The translations under genes and the position numbers were made by a program. A stretch of DNA of 64,000 bases from the human T2T-CHM13v2.0 reference genome, Homo sapiens. Positions within the stretch are counted from its first letter, which is position 1; every line of letters starts with the position of its first letter. Positions 41,714 to 55,091 of this stretch are shown one piece after another. Below the pieces are notes generated by a model. That model did no database searches. It was not told the origin of the DNA and worked only from the letters and a program-made list of their open reading frames with translations. The DNA lies in NCBI RefSeq assembly GCF_009914755.1, contig NC_060926.1. One strand, given 5' to 3'.

Positions 41714-42583
41714 ATAAAAGAAAGGTGGCTCGAGTATGGGGTGCAGGGTGGCTCAAAACCAGAATATTAAATCTATAATGGTTCGTATTTGGTTAAATGT
41801 GGATATATGAGGAGTATAGAGTGTTAGGGAAACATGATTTCACACACAGATTTTTCTTTAGCGGGAGCTGAGTCACTCTGGGGTGGGAGGAAGCCGCAGG
41901 ACAAAGCTCAGCTCATCTATGTGAACATTTACTGGGCCAAGTCTTCACAGTGGGATGAAAAATACTTGTTGATCTTTCTACAGGAGTTGGCCTTTGCATG
42001 AGGGGGAGGGAGGTAATCTACTTCTGCTTTTACATTTTAGTAACTTTTGAACCAATTGATCATCCCAAACACAGGTTCTCAGGATGAAATGTCAAATTGG
42101 CATGTGTGCACAGGACCTCAGAGGAAGTTTCTGTCTCAGGAAGAAAGGCCGTTACGTCTGGCTCTGCTCCTACTGTTGTATCCTTCTCTGTTCTTTCACT
42201 CACTGCCTTTTCTCTGAGCTTTTGTCCATCCTCCCTTCTAACCAGTCCTTTCTCCTTTCACCTTCAGTCACAGTGTTTTCACCAGCTTCATCAGGGCTTG
42301 AATCTCCTGGGGTATGTCACAGCTGCTCACATATATGCAAACATTTACTTTCCTGTAGCCTCTGCTACGTTTCTCTAAACTTGATCACCTTATGAAAGTG
42401 AGGAAAGTCCTCCTGGATCTGGAGCAATCAGAGAAGATACAGAAATCAGAAAAGCTGCAAGTCAAAAATTCAACAGTTTTTCTTCAATTTTCCTATGTGT
42501 CTTTTTCTCCCTTTTATCAGGCTTACTTCCAAACCACTGCTTGGAGGGGATATGCTGGCAGAGAAAGAGAGAAAAGAGTGGGG

Positions 42584-42599
42584 GAGAGAGAGAGAGAGA

Positions 42600-42642
<43 letters not shown>

Positions 42643-42645
42643 AGA
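42584..42645. repeat. (GA)n microsatellite
   Basis: Seen directly. Confidence 0.97.
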
Positions 42646-42865
42646 ACTGGAATATCTCTAACCAAAACAGTAAATCAATTATAATCTTTCTGCACCTGAA
42701 TTTTAGGAGAAATGTAAAGGAACACAAAATTGTCAACATTAAACTCTTCTGCTAGACACTCCTGTATGCATTATTTCAGTTCATCTTTATACCTACCCTT
42801 CTGGATAGATCTTTTTGAAGGTCATTTTATGGGCAAGGAAACTGAGGCTTAAGGAGTTTAAAACA

Positions 42866-42914
42866 TAGATCTGCAAATTATGGCCCATGGACCAAACCTG
42901 ACTCACTACCTGCT

Positions 42915-42946
<32 letters not shown>

Positions 42947-43106
42947 GTGGCATTAGAACAATGACTCCCATTGGTTTGTGTCCAATGGCTGCTTTCATGC
43001 TACCACAGAGGGTTGAGGAGTTGCAGCTCAACAGTATGACTCTTTATGGCCTACAAAGCCATATTGACTATCTACCCTTTTATAGACAAGGCTTACCAAA
43101 CTCTGG
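42866..43106 (+). mobile_element. MER58A with an internal poly(A) expansion
   Basis: gcaaattatggcccatggaccaaa...atggctgctttcatgctac...atggcctacaaagcc. Confidence 0.8.
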
Positions 43107-43449
43107 TTTAAATAGTATCTCTGTCTTCAGGTACGTGAACGAGATAGGGGTTGACCTTTAACTCAGACCTTTTTGGTTCTAGAGGCCACTGGACTTTGAG
43201 ACAAGAAACAAGAATATAAGGTGATAGGACTTTTATTAAATAATCACAATTTCAAACAGTGATTTCATTTGTGAAAAAACAAAAACAACTACACTGGAAT
43301 GCTCTCAGGTCAGCTTTAGAGTGAAGGCAATCTTTACAAATCATACATCTGTCCTGGAGCTCAGGAATGACTTAGAAATGCTGTACTATCTCCCCAATCT
43401 TGCAAACAGTCTTAACCTTACTAAGGCAAGGAAGTGGGTCCCCACAGTG

Positions 43450-43875
43450 CCTTCCAAACCTCAAGGTAGACACAATTTACCCAGGGTTTCTGCTCAAAAT
43501 GCAGATTTTAATGTGGTACTTCTGGGGTGGGGCTGAGAATTTGCATTCATAACAAATTCTTAGCTAATATTTATTCTACTGAACCTTGAACCATACCCTG
43601 AGTAGCAAGGCATTAATATACTTATGCCAAAATCCTGAGCCAAAAGATTGCTGGGTCAGACCTAAATTACCCAGAAAAATCAAATAACATCTACATGTTC
43701 CCATAATCCCCACGCTAGTAGTCAAAAGTGGTAGACTCAGGTTAGTTTATGCCACTGGTTCTCAAAGTGTGGTCCTGGGGGTAGAGCAGTGTCAGCAACT
43801 CGTGAGAACAGCTGTGCTTTGTCTTCTACCAACCCCTTCTGATTCTGATGCATGTGATAGTTTGAGAACCATTGG
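43450..43875. mobile_element. MER5-like fragments
   Basis: ctggggtggggctgagaatttgcatt; ctggttctcaaagtgtggtcc...gattctgatgca...tttgagaacca. Confidence 0.65.
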
Positions 43876-44459
43876 TTTATGCTCTGAATAATTAGTCAGG
43901 AAGTTTTTTTTTCTATGGACATCCTAAAAGTCTATCTTTGTAATATGTTCAGTCTCTGTTTATATAGTGTATACATCCTCACCTAGTAGAGAAGAGAGGA
44001 AAATGGTAGAATGAGGAGAAACACATTCTGACATTATTCTGGATCTTTCTCCTCCCTTCAGTATGGTACAAAGCATTCAATTTATTTCCCGTAGACTATT
44101 AACTGATATTAAATAGCAGCAGAATGGGAAAGTTTCTCATTTAATTACTAAAGACTGTTATGTATACTTGTCCCACATTTGTTAAGATAAAACATGGCTC
44201 TAATATATCCCAGTGAAAAACCTGGGAGGGTAAGGAAAGGTATATTTTGACGTTTGGAAACTTTCGTTCAATGTTTTATTGCTCATTCTTCTAGTACCAT
44301 CTTTTCTATGTAACAAATGTGCTGTTTATTGGAAATAACTTCTTCATTAAATTGGGAGAAAAATGTTGTTATATGAGTCAGACACCTTCATGTGCCACTT
44401 CAGATTATCTTAGTTTATCTGCAAAGCTTTTGTCAACACAACTACTACTTCATTGACAG

Positions 44460-44885
44460 TTCTGTATGCATCTTCTTCCTCCTCCCCCACAGCTCTCTTT
44501 CTTGCTACCAGGGATGTGTGCCATGCTGCAGGACCACCGTGAGCTCATAAATGCGCAACCCCAAAATGTGGGGAAACTAATGTCCCATGGAGTGAACCTT
44601 TGATCAATGGGGGGGCTAAAGCCAGCAGATAGATGCCTCCACTGTCTTTCACTAAGTATTGTGATACACAGCCACTACCCAGCGTCCTTTTAGAAAAACG
44701 TCTACATTGCAGAGCAAGCTGGCACCCTTGAGGCCCAGCAAAGCCCAACTCAGTGATGCACTCTCTTTCCCTTCCCCTCCCCTTTTACCTCACTCCACTT
44801 ACCTGGGCTTTCACTCTCCAATCAAATAGAAGCACATACGCTATTGCTCCAGGCTCTGTTTTCTGTGAAGCCCAGGTTAAGGCGT
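44460..44885 (+). mobile_element. LTR16-family ERVL LTR
   Basis: gcgcaaccccaaaatgtggggaaactaatgtcccatggagtgaacctttgatcaatggg...ctccaggctctgttttctg. Confidence 0.65.
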
Positions 44886-45281
44886 CATTTTACACCACAA
44901 CAGAGGTCAGAAACTTCTTTTTTAGGTTCATCTCAGTCTGTGGTCCGTAGAAGTTTTAGGTTATTCAGAATGTTTGAAAGGTTGGAGAGGGCACTTGGGT
45001 GACGGTAACCAGATTACTTCATGATGGATGCAGTAGCTGCTTGGGGGGTGGAAGGAGAGCAGTATAAGTCAAGGTGAAGTGCAGAAGTCCACACTACTTC
45101 CTGGGCTTCAGAAACATCTGTGGAGAATTGTCCAAGTCCCTGCCCAAAGACACTGCATCAGAACCTCCTGGGGGTGAACTATGAAATATTTGTTATATTT
45201 TTATATCAACATGATTCTGATGGGCAGATAGGGTGGTCAGCCTTTAAGATAGGGTAAAAATACACACTGGAGCAAACGTGT

Positions 45282-46160
45282 TTTTTAAAATACTTTATTG
45301 AGGTATAAGTAACATACAAAAACTTGTACATATTTAATATATACAATTTGATGAGTTGGAAGATGAGTATGTGTCTGTGAAACCATCACCACAATCGATG
45401 CCATAAACATATTTATCACATCCAAAATTTTTCTCCTATACTTTTTATTATTAGTTGTGTGTGTGAGTGTGTATGCATATGATAAGAGCACTTAAAATAA
45501 GATTTACCCTCTTAGCACAATTTTAACTATACGGTACAGTATTGTTAACTATAGGCACTATGCTGTGTAGTAGATCTCTGGGACTTACTCATCTTGCATA
45601 GCTAAAACGTTGTACCCTTTGATTAATACCTGCCTCCCCCTAGCTCCTGACAGTCACTATTCTACTTTCTGCTTCTATGTGTTTGACTGTTTTAGATTCC
45701 TCATATAAGTGGTATCACGTAGTATTTGTCATTCCGTGTCTGGCTTACTTCATGTCCCTGAATGTCCTCCAAGTTCATCCATATTGTCATAAATGGCAGG
45801 ATTTCCTTCTCTTTTAAGGCTGAATGATATTCCATTGCCTGTATACACTACACTTCCTTTATCCACTCATCTATCAATAGATGTTTTGGCTGGTTCCATG
45901 TCTTCCCTATTGTGAATAATGCTGCAATGAACATGGGACTGCAGACATCTCTTCAACATACGCATTTCATTTCCTCTGGATATACACCCAGAAGTGGGAT
46001 TGCTGTATCATATGGTTGTTAGTGATACGTTTAACTTTTTGAGACATCTCCATACTATTTTCCATACTGGCTGCGTCAGTTTGCATTCTTACCAAAAATG
46101 CACAAGTATTCCCTGTTGTCTACATCCTCACCAACACTTGTTAACTTTTGTCTTGATAAT
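45282..46160 (-). mobile_element. L1MA (MA8-10-like) 3' fragment
   Basis: ctttattgaggtata...gtattgttaactataggcac...aatggcaggatttccttc...tattgtgaataatgctgcaatgaacatggga. Confidence 0.88.
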
Positions 46161-46189
46161 AGAGAATGGATGTGGTTATAAATGCCTGA

Positions 46190-46350
46190 GTCATTCACTT
46201 ACCTGCCTCACGGCCTTGAGTGAGTTACTTACGTCTATGAACATCAGTTTTCTCATCTCTAAATAGGAAAGATAATAATACCTACCTTAAAAAGTTATTA
46301 AGTTAGCTCATAAAGCACCTAGTGCATAGTATATGCTCAACAGCTGTTGA
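46190..46350 (+). mobile_element. MIR SINE
   Basis: ccttgagtgagttactta...tcagttttctcatctctaaaatagg. Confidence 0.75.
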
Positions 46351-48044
46351 TTTCTTGGTCCCCTCCTGCTCTGTTCTTTTTGGTGTCGTTATAATTAACC
46401 CATGTTGAGTCCTATCTAAACACAAGTTATCACCCAAACCCCTGTTGTACATTCCTGGCTCCTCATCTTGTATCCCTCCTTGTTCCATTGCACCTCACTG
46501 CTTAGAATTTCCATCCTCTGGTCCTGTCCGAATCACACTCCTTCTATGAGATCCTGTCCAAATTCTGCCCTACCCATAAAGCCTTCTGTTACCACTTTAG
46601 CTTGCTGTGTTCTCTCCACCTCTGAAATTTTCTGGCATGTATTGTCTTTTCCACTTAGCACTGATTCCTTCCCATCCTTTTTATAGTTTAGTGTATCTCT
46701 GAATTATTCTCTAACAAAATTCTACTACTTGATGGAAGGCATTGTGCCTCGTATTCACTCGTGACCCTCAGAGTGGCCAGCATGGCACTTTCAGCTTTGT
46801 TTGCTAGTTTCAATTGGAGAGTCCATTCTCCTTTTTGGGAGAAAATTGAGTGAGTATGAGACAAATGATACCAATAACATATTCCCAGGCTCCAATTGTG
46901 AATCAAGCCAAACTGCTTAACAATAGAAATGTGTCTGTTTTTCCTGGTTTGGTTTAACGATTTTCCTGTAGATCCACATCTCTTTCTATCACAAAGAAAT
47001 CACTTTATCCTGCTGGGTAATTAATATGAATGTACAGTATAGCAAACATATTCCTAAATTCCTGCTTATTTTGCTGGTAAATTACAGGAAATCCTATACA
47101 GTACACCTGGGATACCCTGCAGTTTGAAATTAGAATGTAAAGTGTCTCCCAGTTCCTCCTACTTGGCCAGGATACTGGTCTGATTGTGAAAATCTTTCTA
47201 GTTAGACATGTAATGAACTGGGATGATAGCAAATTCATTTATTTCCCTTTAGCTTAAAATTAATAAAGATTTTAATTCTAAGCTTAAAAAAACCCACCCT
47301 GTTTACAGCCTTCTGAGTTACTAGAATGGCATGTGATATGATATTGGTTCCCAGTTGTGGATTCATTCAAAAAACATACACCACATACAAATTTGTAACT
47401 AAATCCTTAGAGTCTAAGGTATATTGCCAGTAAAACTCCTTGGCCAAGCTTTAGTTCTGTGTGATGTCACATCTATATGAGCCCTTCGATAGCATTAAAC
47501 TGGCCACAGCTGTTTCTGATTGAAGCGCCATAGACCTCTTAAAGGCAGAGCTCACCTCTTCCCCTCCCCTTCCCGCCTTCTTCCTGAGTGGCTTGCTTTA
47601 ACAAAAGGGCTTCTCTATGAACATGGTCATTGAGCTTTAGCTGGTTATTGTCACAGCAAGCTTTTCGTGATTTGGTTCAGCCTTGGAATGGCTGAACTCA
47701 CGCACACAAGTGAGTATGCGCGGGCTAGCATACACATGCACACACACATGCCAACAAACATATGTACACACAGAGACAATCCAGAAGGTTTTTCTTTTTG
47801 ATAATTGATGTGTAAATCCTCTCTAGGTCTGTGTGCTGTGTGCTGAATTTCAAAGCAAATGCCTTGCCATCTTTGTTTCTGGAAATAATAGTGTAGTCCA
47901 GTCCAGTCCAAGTAGCCAATGGGAAGTATCAGACCTCATCTCTCCTTGGAAGGGAGGAAGTAGTGAGAGGGTAAGTGAAGTAAACTTTGCTGAACGCAAT
48001 TTCATTTTTTTTTTTTTTTTGTTACTTAGAAGGCTCTAGTTCAA

Positions 48045-48232
48045 CAGAGGTTCACAAACTATTTCTTAAAGGGCCAGATAATGAATATTTTAGGCTTAAA
48101 GGCCAACTACTCAACTCTGCTGTGGTAGCATGGAAGCAGCCAAGGACAATTCATAAGTGTCCCCATCAAATTTTATTTACTAAAACAGATGTCAGATGGG
48201 ATTTTGCCTACTGCATAGTTTGCCAACTCCTG
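48045..48232 (-). mobile_element. MER58A (internally deleted)
   Basis: aaagggccagataatgaatattttaggctt...actactcaactctgc...tagtttgccaactcctg. Confidence 0.82.
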
Positions 48233-49784
48233 TTCTAGTACAGTGTTACTCAGTGCACAGTGGCCTGGTGCCAGTTTGAAACTACTTAGAGCTGTCCCAA
48301 GAAATGGTAAGTGTAGAAGTTAAAAGTAAATTGATAGAAACTTATAGCAGTGACATTGCCACACAACATTCAAGTGCATGAGCCATGCCTTTCTCCCCAT
48401 GAAGAAGGAATAGAGCAGTTCAGATGTCTATCTTGTGTAGGGTTCTTGCACATGGTAAAGCTGCACACGAGTCCTGCTCAGTAAGACACATAGTGATTCA
48501 AACACAAAAACAATGGATGGGTTGTTTACTACAGGCAGTTTGAGAGGCTGCTGTAGCAGGCCCATGAGTGAGAAAGATCTCAGCTTTACAATCCCAACAT
48601 CTAGGTGTGCTCCTCTGTCTTGTGAAGAAAGGTTTTGGATGGCAGTCTCTACTCTGCCTACTTGAAATCCTGAAACAAAGAATCTCCATTTGCCTGTTCA
48701 TACTTTAGAAATAAAGGGGATTTAGCCCAGTAGCAGGAACTCCTGCTGTATCATGAAGAAAGTTGGAATTTTTTTCTTTTTTGGTCTTGTGGTGAAAATT
48801 ATTGGTCAGACCAGTCCTAAAGGGAATGGGAAAGGAGGTGCAAATTGCAGAACCTGGCCAAAAAAGAAAAAAAGAAATCATTACTGCTTGAACCCAGACT
48901 GTTTTGTCTCTTTTCTAACTCTCCGTCTAACCTCCCTCCAGTCAAAGCACCCTACCAGCCAGACCTCTTTTATAAGGTGCTATTCATAAGGTTGGCCTCA
49001 CAGTTTGTAAACACATAGAAACTTATCTGGACGGAGGGTCGTAGTCTTCAAAACCCGAAGAAAACTTTGGAAACTTAAGGTTGTTAAATAAACTACCAAA
49101 TGCCAAATTTTGATGGGTTAGGAACATTTTAAGATACTAGTGCCATTGGATTCCTATCTTTAAAAGCTATGGTGTCACCATAGAGGAATATGATGTCAGG
49201 CTGTAAAAAGATCAGAAAGCTTTTGAAAATTCTTAGGCTGTGTTGGGAAGTTTATGTGCAATGCTGAACAGAAAATACAGTGTTTCTTTACCTCTTGCCT
49301 CCACCTCCTTCATAAGTACTCTGCCAAAACACGAAGGTGAGGCAAAAGCCGCTGTTCCTTTTCTCTCCCTGGAATTGTAGCTGGCTTTTATTACCGGAAC
49401 TTGTTCATTCTTTGACAGAGTTGCAGTAAAAGTTTTTAAGAAAAGTTTCTTGGCTTAACTACTACATGAAATATTCAATGGTTGGCCATCCTCTTTTAGA
49501 AATAGCGCTTACTTTCCATGAAGTAGGGAAGATACTTTTCTCTGTGTTGGCTCAAACTCTTGGTAACAAGGAAATCATTTGTGCATTTTCATTTAAGAAG
49601 GCTCTGGAATTCTTGCCCTAGCTCTCATTAGGAATGTATTGGGGCTCTCTCACTTCCTTTCTGTCTCCAAGGACTCAGTACTAATAATGATTTTTTAAAA
49701 ATAATTTATGTTGATATACTTTCAAGACAACATTCTCACATTTTGATGGTAAACTATTGGGCAAATCATCTGTCAAGAATAATT

Positions 49785-50140
49785 AAGGAGCTGGAGAGAC
49801 TGATTTATGAGGAAAGATTAAAATAACTAAGTGTGCAGAGCTTGGCGAAGCAGAGATTGGGGGGCATCCGATAGTCATCTACTAAAATCAGGAAGGGGTG
49901 GGAATGCAAGAGGAGGAGAGCATTATCTCACCTAGGAGCTGGCTCTAACGAAGAGTAATGTGAGGAAATCAGGAGCTGAGGATATAAGATGCGTATCACA
50001 CCAGTCATCCTGACATTGAGATCCATTAGAGGGTGGGCTCATCTCAGGAGAATTGGTATGAGAATGCCACTGGGGAGCAACCTGGACTGCCGGGAACAAT
50101 CAGATCCCAGAGTATCTGTGAGATGGGAGGCTTTCTTTTG
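49785..50140 (+). mobile_element. CR1/L3-type LINE 3' fragment
   Basis: tatgaggaaagattaaaataacta...agcttggcgaagcagagattgggggg resembles the CR1 ORF2 end (YEERL motif). Confidence 0.55.
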
Positions 50141-50417
50141 TTCAGTCCTTTATATTATTTTTGCAGGGTTGTCGTTCTGATGCCTCAAGTCATTGCAAAG
50201 CAATATATAGCAACAGTAACAAGCGTAAAAAGGAGAGTCTGAGAGGTGGATGGGCTTGGGACCTGTACCTAATGATTCCTTCAGGTCTTTCTTCTAAGAG
50301 ATTGTTGCTTTTCCCAGCTTTAGTCTCAGTATCCCAAAATCTAGTAGGTGTACAATGTGTTCTTCAAGTTTAAAATAAAACAAAACAAAATAAAGGTAAA
50401 AGTGGAGGAAGAAAATG

Positions 50418-50654
50418 CCCAGCGCTTTGGGAGGCCGAGGTGGGTGGATCACGAGGTCAGGAGATCGAGACCATCTTGGCTAACATGGTGAAACCCCATC
50501 TCTACTAAAAAATACATAAAATTAGCTGGGCGTGGTGGCGGGCGCCTGTAGTCCCAGCTACTCAGGAGGCTGAGGCAGGAGAATGGCGTGAACCCAGGAG
50601 GCAGAGCTTGCAGTGAGCCGAGACTCCGTCTCAAAAAAATAAATAAATAAATAA
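50418..50654 (+). mobile_element. AluY, 5'-truncated and internally deleted
   Basis: Starts at cccagcgctttggg. Y diagnostics gagatcgagaccatc, gaatggcgtgaacc and gagcttgcagtg. Long TSD. Confidence 0.95.
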
Positions 50655-52195
50655 AAAATAAAACAAAATAAAGGTAAAAGTGGAGGAAGAAACTACCCAC
50701 TTTGCATACTGTTTAAAAAGTGAGAAAATACTTTGAACGTTTTTGGAAAAAAGAAAAATAATCACCTGAAATTTCACAGACAAAGATAAATAATGTTATC
50801 AAGTCAGCGTGCAAGTCATTTATGGATTAAATAATTATCCCTACTCATACTGTTTTAGATTCTTTCAAGTTTGGGCTACCTATGCTCTCCTGCCATATTA
50901 TGTGTTTGACCACCACAGATATAAGCAGAGTGTAAAACTAGGCCTATGTGATTGCTATCCACCACTAAAAAGAGCTCTTGGTAAGTGGTGGAATTTTAGC
51001 AGACTCATTAGGAAAATCCTGGCCAGATTCTGTTGAAATTATTTACATATTAGAGAGGTGAGACCACGAGCTTTTGGAATAACATTTCTTTGAATATTTA
51101 CTATTTGCCATTTGTTCTCTCCTCCCTGAGTGTTACTAGGGAATTATAAAGAGCAGATGAGGTTATGGAGACATGAGATTAAAAGAGCGAGGGAGTGAAG
51201 AATTAAAAAAAAGAGAACGAGGAGAAGGAGGAGCAGTGAGAGGAAATAAAACTGATTTCAAGAGTTTCAAGAAAACTGATTTCAAGAGATGTACAATCTG
51301 GTTAATATTATCAACCTCTCAAACCCCTAAGTTTCATATGTATTTTTCCCAAGACACATAGTATCAGCATAAGGCTGATATTAATTTGAATCTGTCTTAG
51401 CAGTCAGTAGACATAATATCCAAAAATTGTCAAGAAATTTTTGGTCAAGAAAGAGAAGGGCACATATCTATGTGACAGGTCACATTGAAAAATATAAGAT
51501 AACATAGAGAAAGGATAATATCTGCTTAGGAAAGAAGCTACATTTTCCAAAGTTTGGATTATTCTTCATGCAAATATTATTAAAAAGCCAAGAGAGTACA
51601 ATATGAAGACAAATATTGAGCAGATTTTGTGTGGTCTATATATAAAAATGACCACATACATTTTTCTGATAAACTGATATTTTTAATATTAATTTGAGCC
51701 TCTGCTATTACAAATGAAACAATCAGTTGTTTTCCTGAAAAATCATTATATGGATTTTAATTACCCAAATACTTAAATTTTTGTTGAACTTTTAAGCTCT
51801 CAGCAAAATTCTTGCTATAATGAAGACATAACCTGTATGCCCTTTGTAAGACTTTTCCATAAAATTGTGCAACTAATATCTAAATTGAAAATGTGTAATT
51901 CCTTTACCAATTTTTTTTATGTAGGTGTATTATGTAATTAGTAAAGAGAAAATGCCCAGCTGCCCTTTGCGTTTGCATACTAATGCTAATGGGAATAGAA
52001 AAATGAACTCTTTCCCCTCCCCACCCTCTCCAAGGCCAACTGACTTTTGCTCATTTCCCTTCCACATGCATACACCTATGATAAAAGGAAACGAAGAAGA
52101 TAGATTTAAATCTTGCTTCTAATTTTTCTGGATTTTCAGTTTTGTTTTTCTCTGCTGTTTGTCACTTTTGTGGATGTTTTGTGTGGGTGAGAATC

Positions 52196-52206
52196 TGTGT
52201 GTGTGT

Positions 52207-52238
<32 letters not shown>

Positions 52239-52243
52239 ACGTG
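52196..52243. repeat. (TG)n microsatellite, interrupted
   Basis: Seen directly. Confidence 0.97.
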
Positions 52244-53344
52244 GTTTAATTATACGAAAATTATACTGGGGGTTCAGTAACCAGTGGCTTGAAAATTAAC
52301 TGAATTATGAAAGCTGAAATGTTGCTCATAGGATCAGTTAATGACAAGGTCGCCGCCACTGTCATATTCAAAAGAAATGTCACACTTGAATGGGGCTGAG
52401 ATGGCTGTGTTGTCCCAGGGTCCCAGGTAGAGACAATGAAACAGGGCCTCCTTGGGTACTGTTTCATCCCATGTTTGAATCTAACGCATTCTTCTTTCAG
52501 CTCATTTTGGTTCTGCTGTGTTCCCATAACATATGGAGTCCCTGGGTATTCTGCTATAACATGGAAACTTTTGGGGCTGGGAATAACAGATCATGAATAG
52601 ATTGGAAATTCTCTCTAAGTGCCCCCTTGGGTGGTCGATGTAAAGGCTCATTGTGTGTTGTTTCTGTCTTTTACAAAAATCAAATATGTCTAGAATTATT
52701 TGAGTCCAACAGGCTATATTAGGGATCTGAATTCCAGCATACCCCATACACTACCAGATAAATGATGACAGATGTATGCCCCTAGTATCTCCTCCTATCG
52801 CCCCAGCTCTGGGCAACTGTAGTTAATTGAAAAAGAGGAAGGAGGAAATTGAGTTTGGGATGGAATCAGTTGGAGATGAAGGAAAAATCTAAATAATAGA
52901 TTTTGATGTTTAGCCTGTCCCAAAGCAGTTGATGGAGTTGGTGCAAGTACTGCATTGGGGCAGCTGGCAGGGCAATAAATTTGCAGAGCAGCAACCCAGA
53001 GAAGGAGCCTGACTGATGATGACTTGGAACTTGAAAGGAGGAGAAGCCCCTAAAAAGATCAGAATGGGACTTCAGGAAAAGGGGAGGCAGCTGCCCTCCA
53101 CCCCCAAATATAACAACCTCCTCTTCACTGGGCGGGAATATATTGAATCTGATATTGTGCATGCATTGTTTATTTTCTCTCCCTTTTGTTCTCAAGACGA
53201 GGGTTTCTTAAGAAGTAAGACTGGAATACATAAACATGAATATAGTTTCTTCTTTCAATTTTTTCCTTTCCCATTTGGAGCCCAAACTCAATGTGTCAGC
53301 TTAGCAGTCCTCACACAGGGGATATATGGCTAACGGCTACTGTT

Positions 53345-53565
53345 TTCCTGTCACTGTGTTAAGCCCTTTATTTATACTGCCTAATTTAAGGTTCACAGAA
53401 GCCCCAATAAGGTTAATAATGTCATCCCCATTTTTGAGATGAGAAAACCAGAACTTGGAGAGGAAAAGGAGGCAAGTTGCCAAAGGCTGCCTGATGAGAA
53501 AGCGGCACAACCCGGACACAAACCCAAGTGTGTCTGAAGCCAAAGCCTGTGTACTGAACCCATTT
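53345..53565 (-). mobile_element. MIR SINE
   Basis: catccccatttttgagatgagaaaacca...gtgtctgaagccaaagcctgtgtactgaacc. Confidence 0.75.
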
Positions 53566-55091
53566 GTGGTCAGCCTCTAAGCTACTGTGCTGCATAGCTA
53601 GGGTAACCTTAATTCTTGTAAAGGATAGTCCTCCTTTACACTTTTGTCCCAGTTTCCTGCCTGCTTGACATTTGTCCCAGACAAACGTTTCCTGGCTTGG
53701 ATGATGTGGATGCTCTGCATATAACCCAGCTCACTGTTATATTGATAGGGTTCACCCCACTGTGGTTCCAGCATCAGGCACAGAGCTACAGCTCTGAACC
53801 CAGGTGCCCAGGGAAGTGACAGTGGCAGTGGGGAAGGTGGGCTAATTGCTCCTGGCTGAGCGCTGAGTGCCCACATGACAAAAAAATGATATGCAGAATG
53901 TATGGCACCTGCTCTCTTCTTGGTGTCTATTAGCTCAACTTCTCCAGAAATTGGAGAAGGTAAGAGCAAGGAGAGGTGACATGAGCAGGGATGAGAGCAG
54001 GGACTCTTGGATGAGAATTAATCAGTAATTCTGTCTAATTAGATAACTAGGCAATATGTTGCAATTTTCTCTGATTAGTCATGCTGAAACAATAACATAC
54101 TGGGGAAGGACATTCCTTAGTGTTTATAGTTTGTAGAGTGAGAGCAGTTGTGAGGAACATTTTTGCAACTCTTAACCTTGGTGGAGAAAATGTATAAACA
54201 TCTGAAGAAGATTTGTCTTAAGGTTTCCACATCAAAGAGTGAAAGCATGTCATATACTTGGGATGTACGTGTTGCTTGGGAAATTCACCTCTAGGACAGA
54301 AAGCAAAAAGGAAACACTGTCTAATCAGAAATTCCATAGGGCTGAGTCTGATGATTCAGATAAAGGTCGTGGGTATCCTGTGGGGATAGAGGTGCCTTGG
54401 GGGTCCCGTCCACTTACCAGCAAAGAGAAAAGAACCTGTACCCGACTCCTAAGTCCCACCCTAATATCCATACTGGCTGCTCTGGATCAGTACATCAGCA
54501 AGATCATGTATCTGGGTTTAGTACAGGTTTTGTTTGTTTGTTTGTTTTCACAGAAATAGTGGATGCTATTTCCTGAGTTGGGGGTGTTGGGGGGTGGCAG
54601 AGGTGGGAGCTACATTATATCTTTGAACTGGATTCTATGATAGAGATAAGTCAGTCACTTTTTCATTGTTTGGAAGAGCTAAGATAGCTAACCTTCTTGA
54701 ACACTTGTAAGATCATGCTCTGTTACAGGGGTTTTACATGGGCTAATTGATTGAATGTCCTCGCTCCACACTCAAAGAGGGTAGGACTCTTGTCCCTTCT
54801 TTAAAGCAGAGGAAACTAAGATTCCAAATGGAACATCACCCCTAGAGTTACATCATTCTACATCTCAGAGTTTTACCTCCCCTGTGGGATAGGTCTAAAC
54901 AAGATGAGAAATAGTTTGAGTTTTCTTGGGCTCAGTTGGGTAATTATTCTTTTTAAAAATTTTTAATTATACTCAACATTTTGTTTCTAAATTTCCATCA
55001 TGTCTGCATTTCTACTTATACATGTGTAAGTGAGAGGCGTAGTATTGACACTACCTAAAAGTGGAAATAATAAACTGATTATATACCAGGA

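Noticed and set aside
42921-42946. 26-nt poly(A) run as a retrocopy tail
   Set aside because: Lies at the A-rich gtaaataaagt position inside MER58A, with no TSD or upstream insert.
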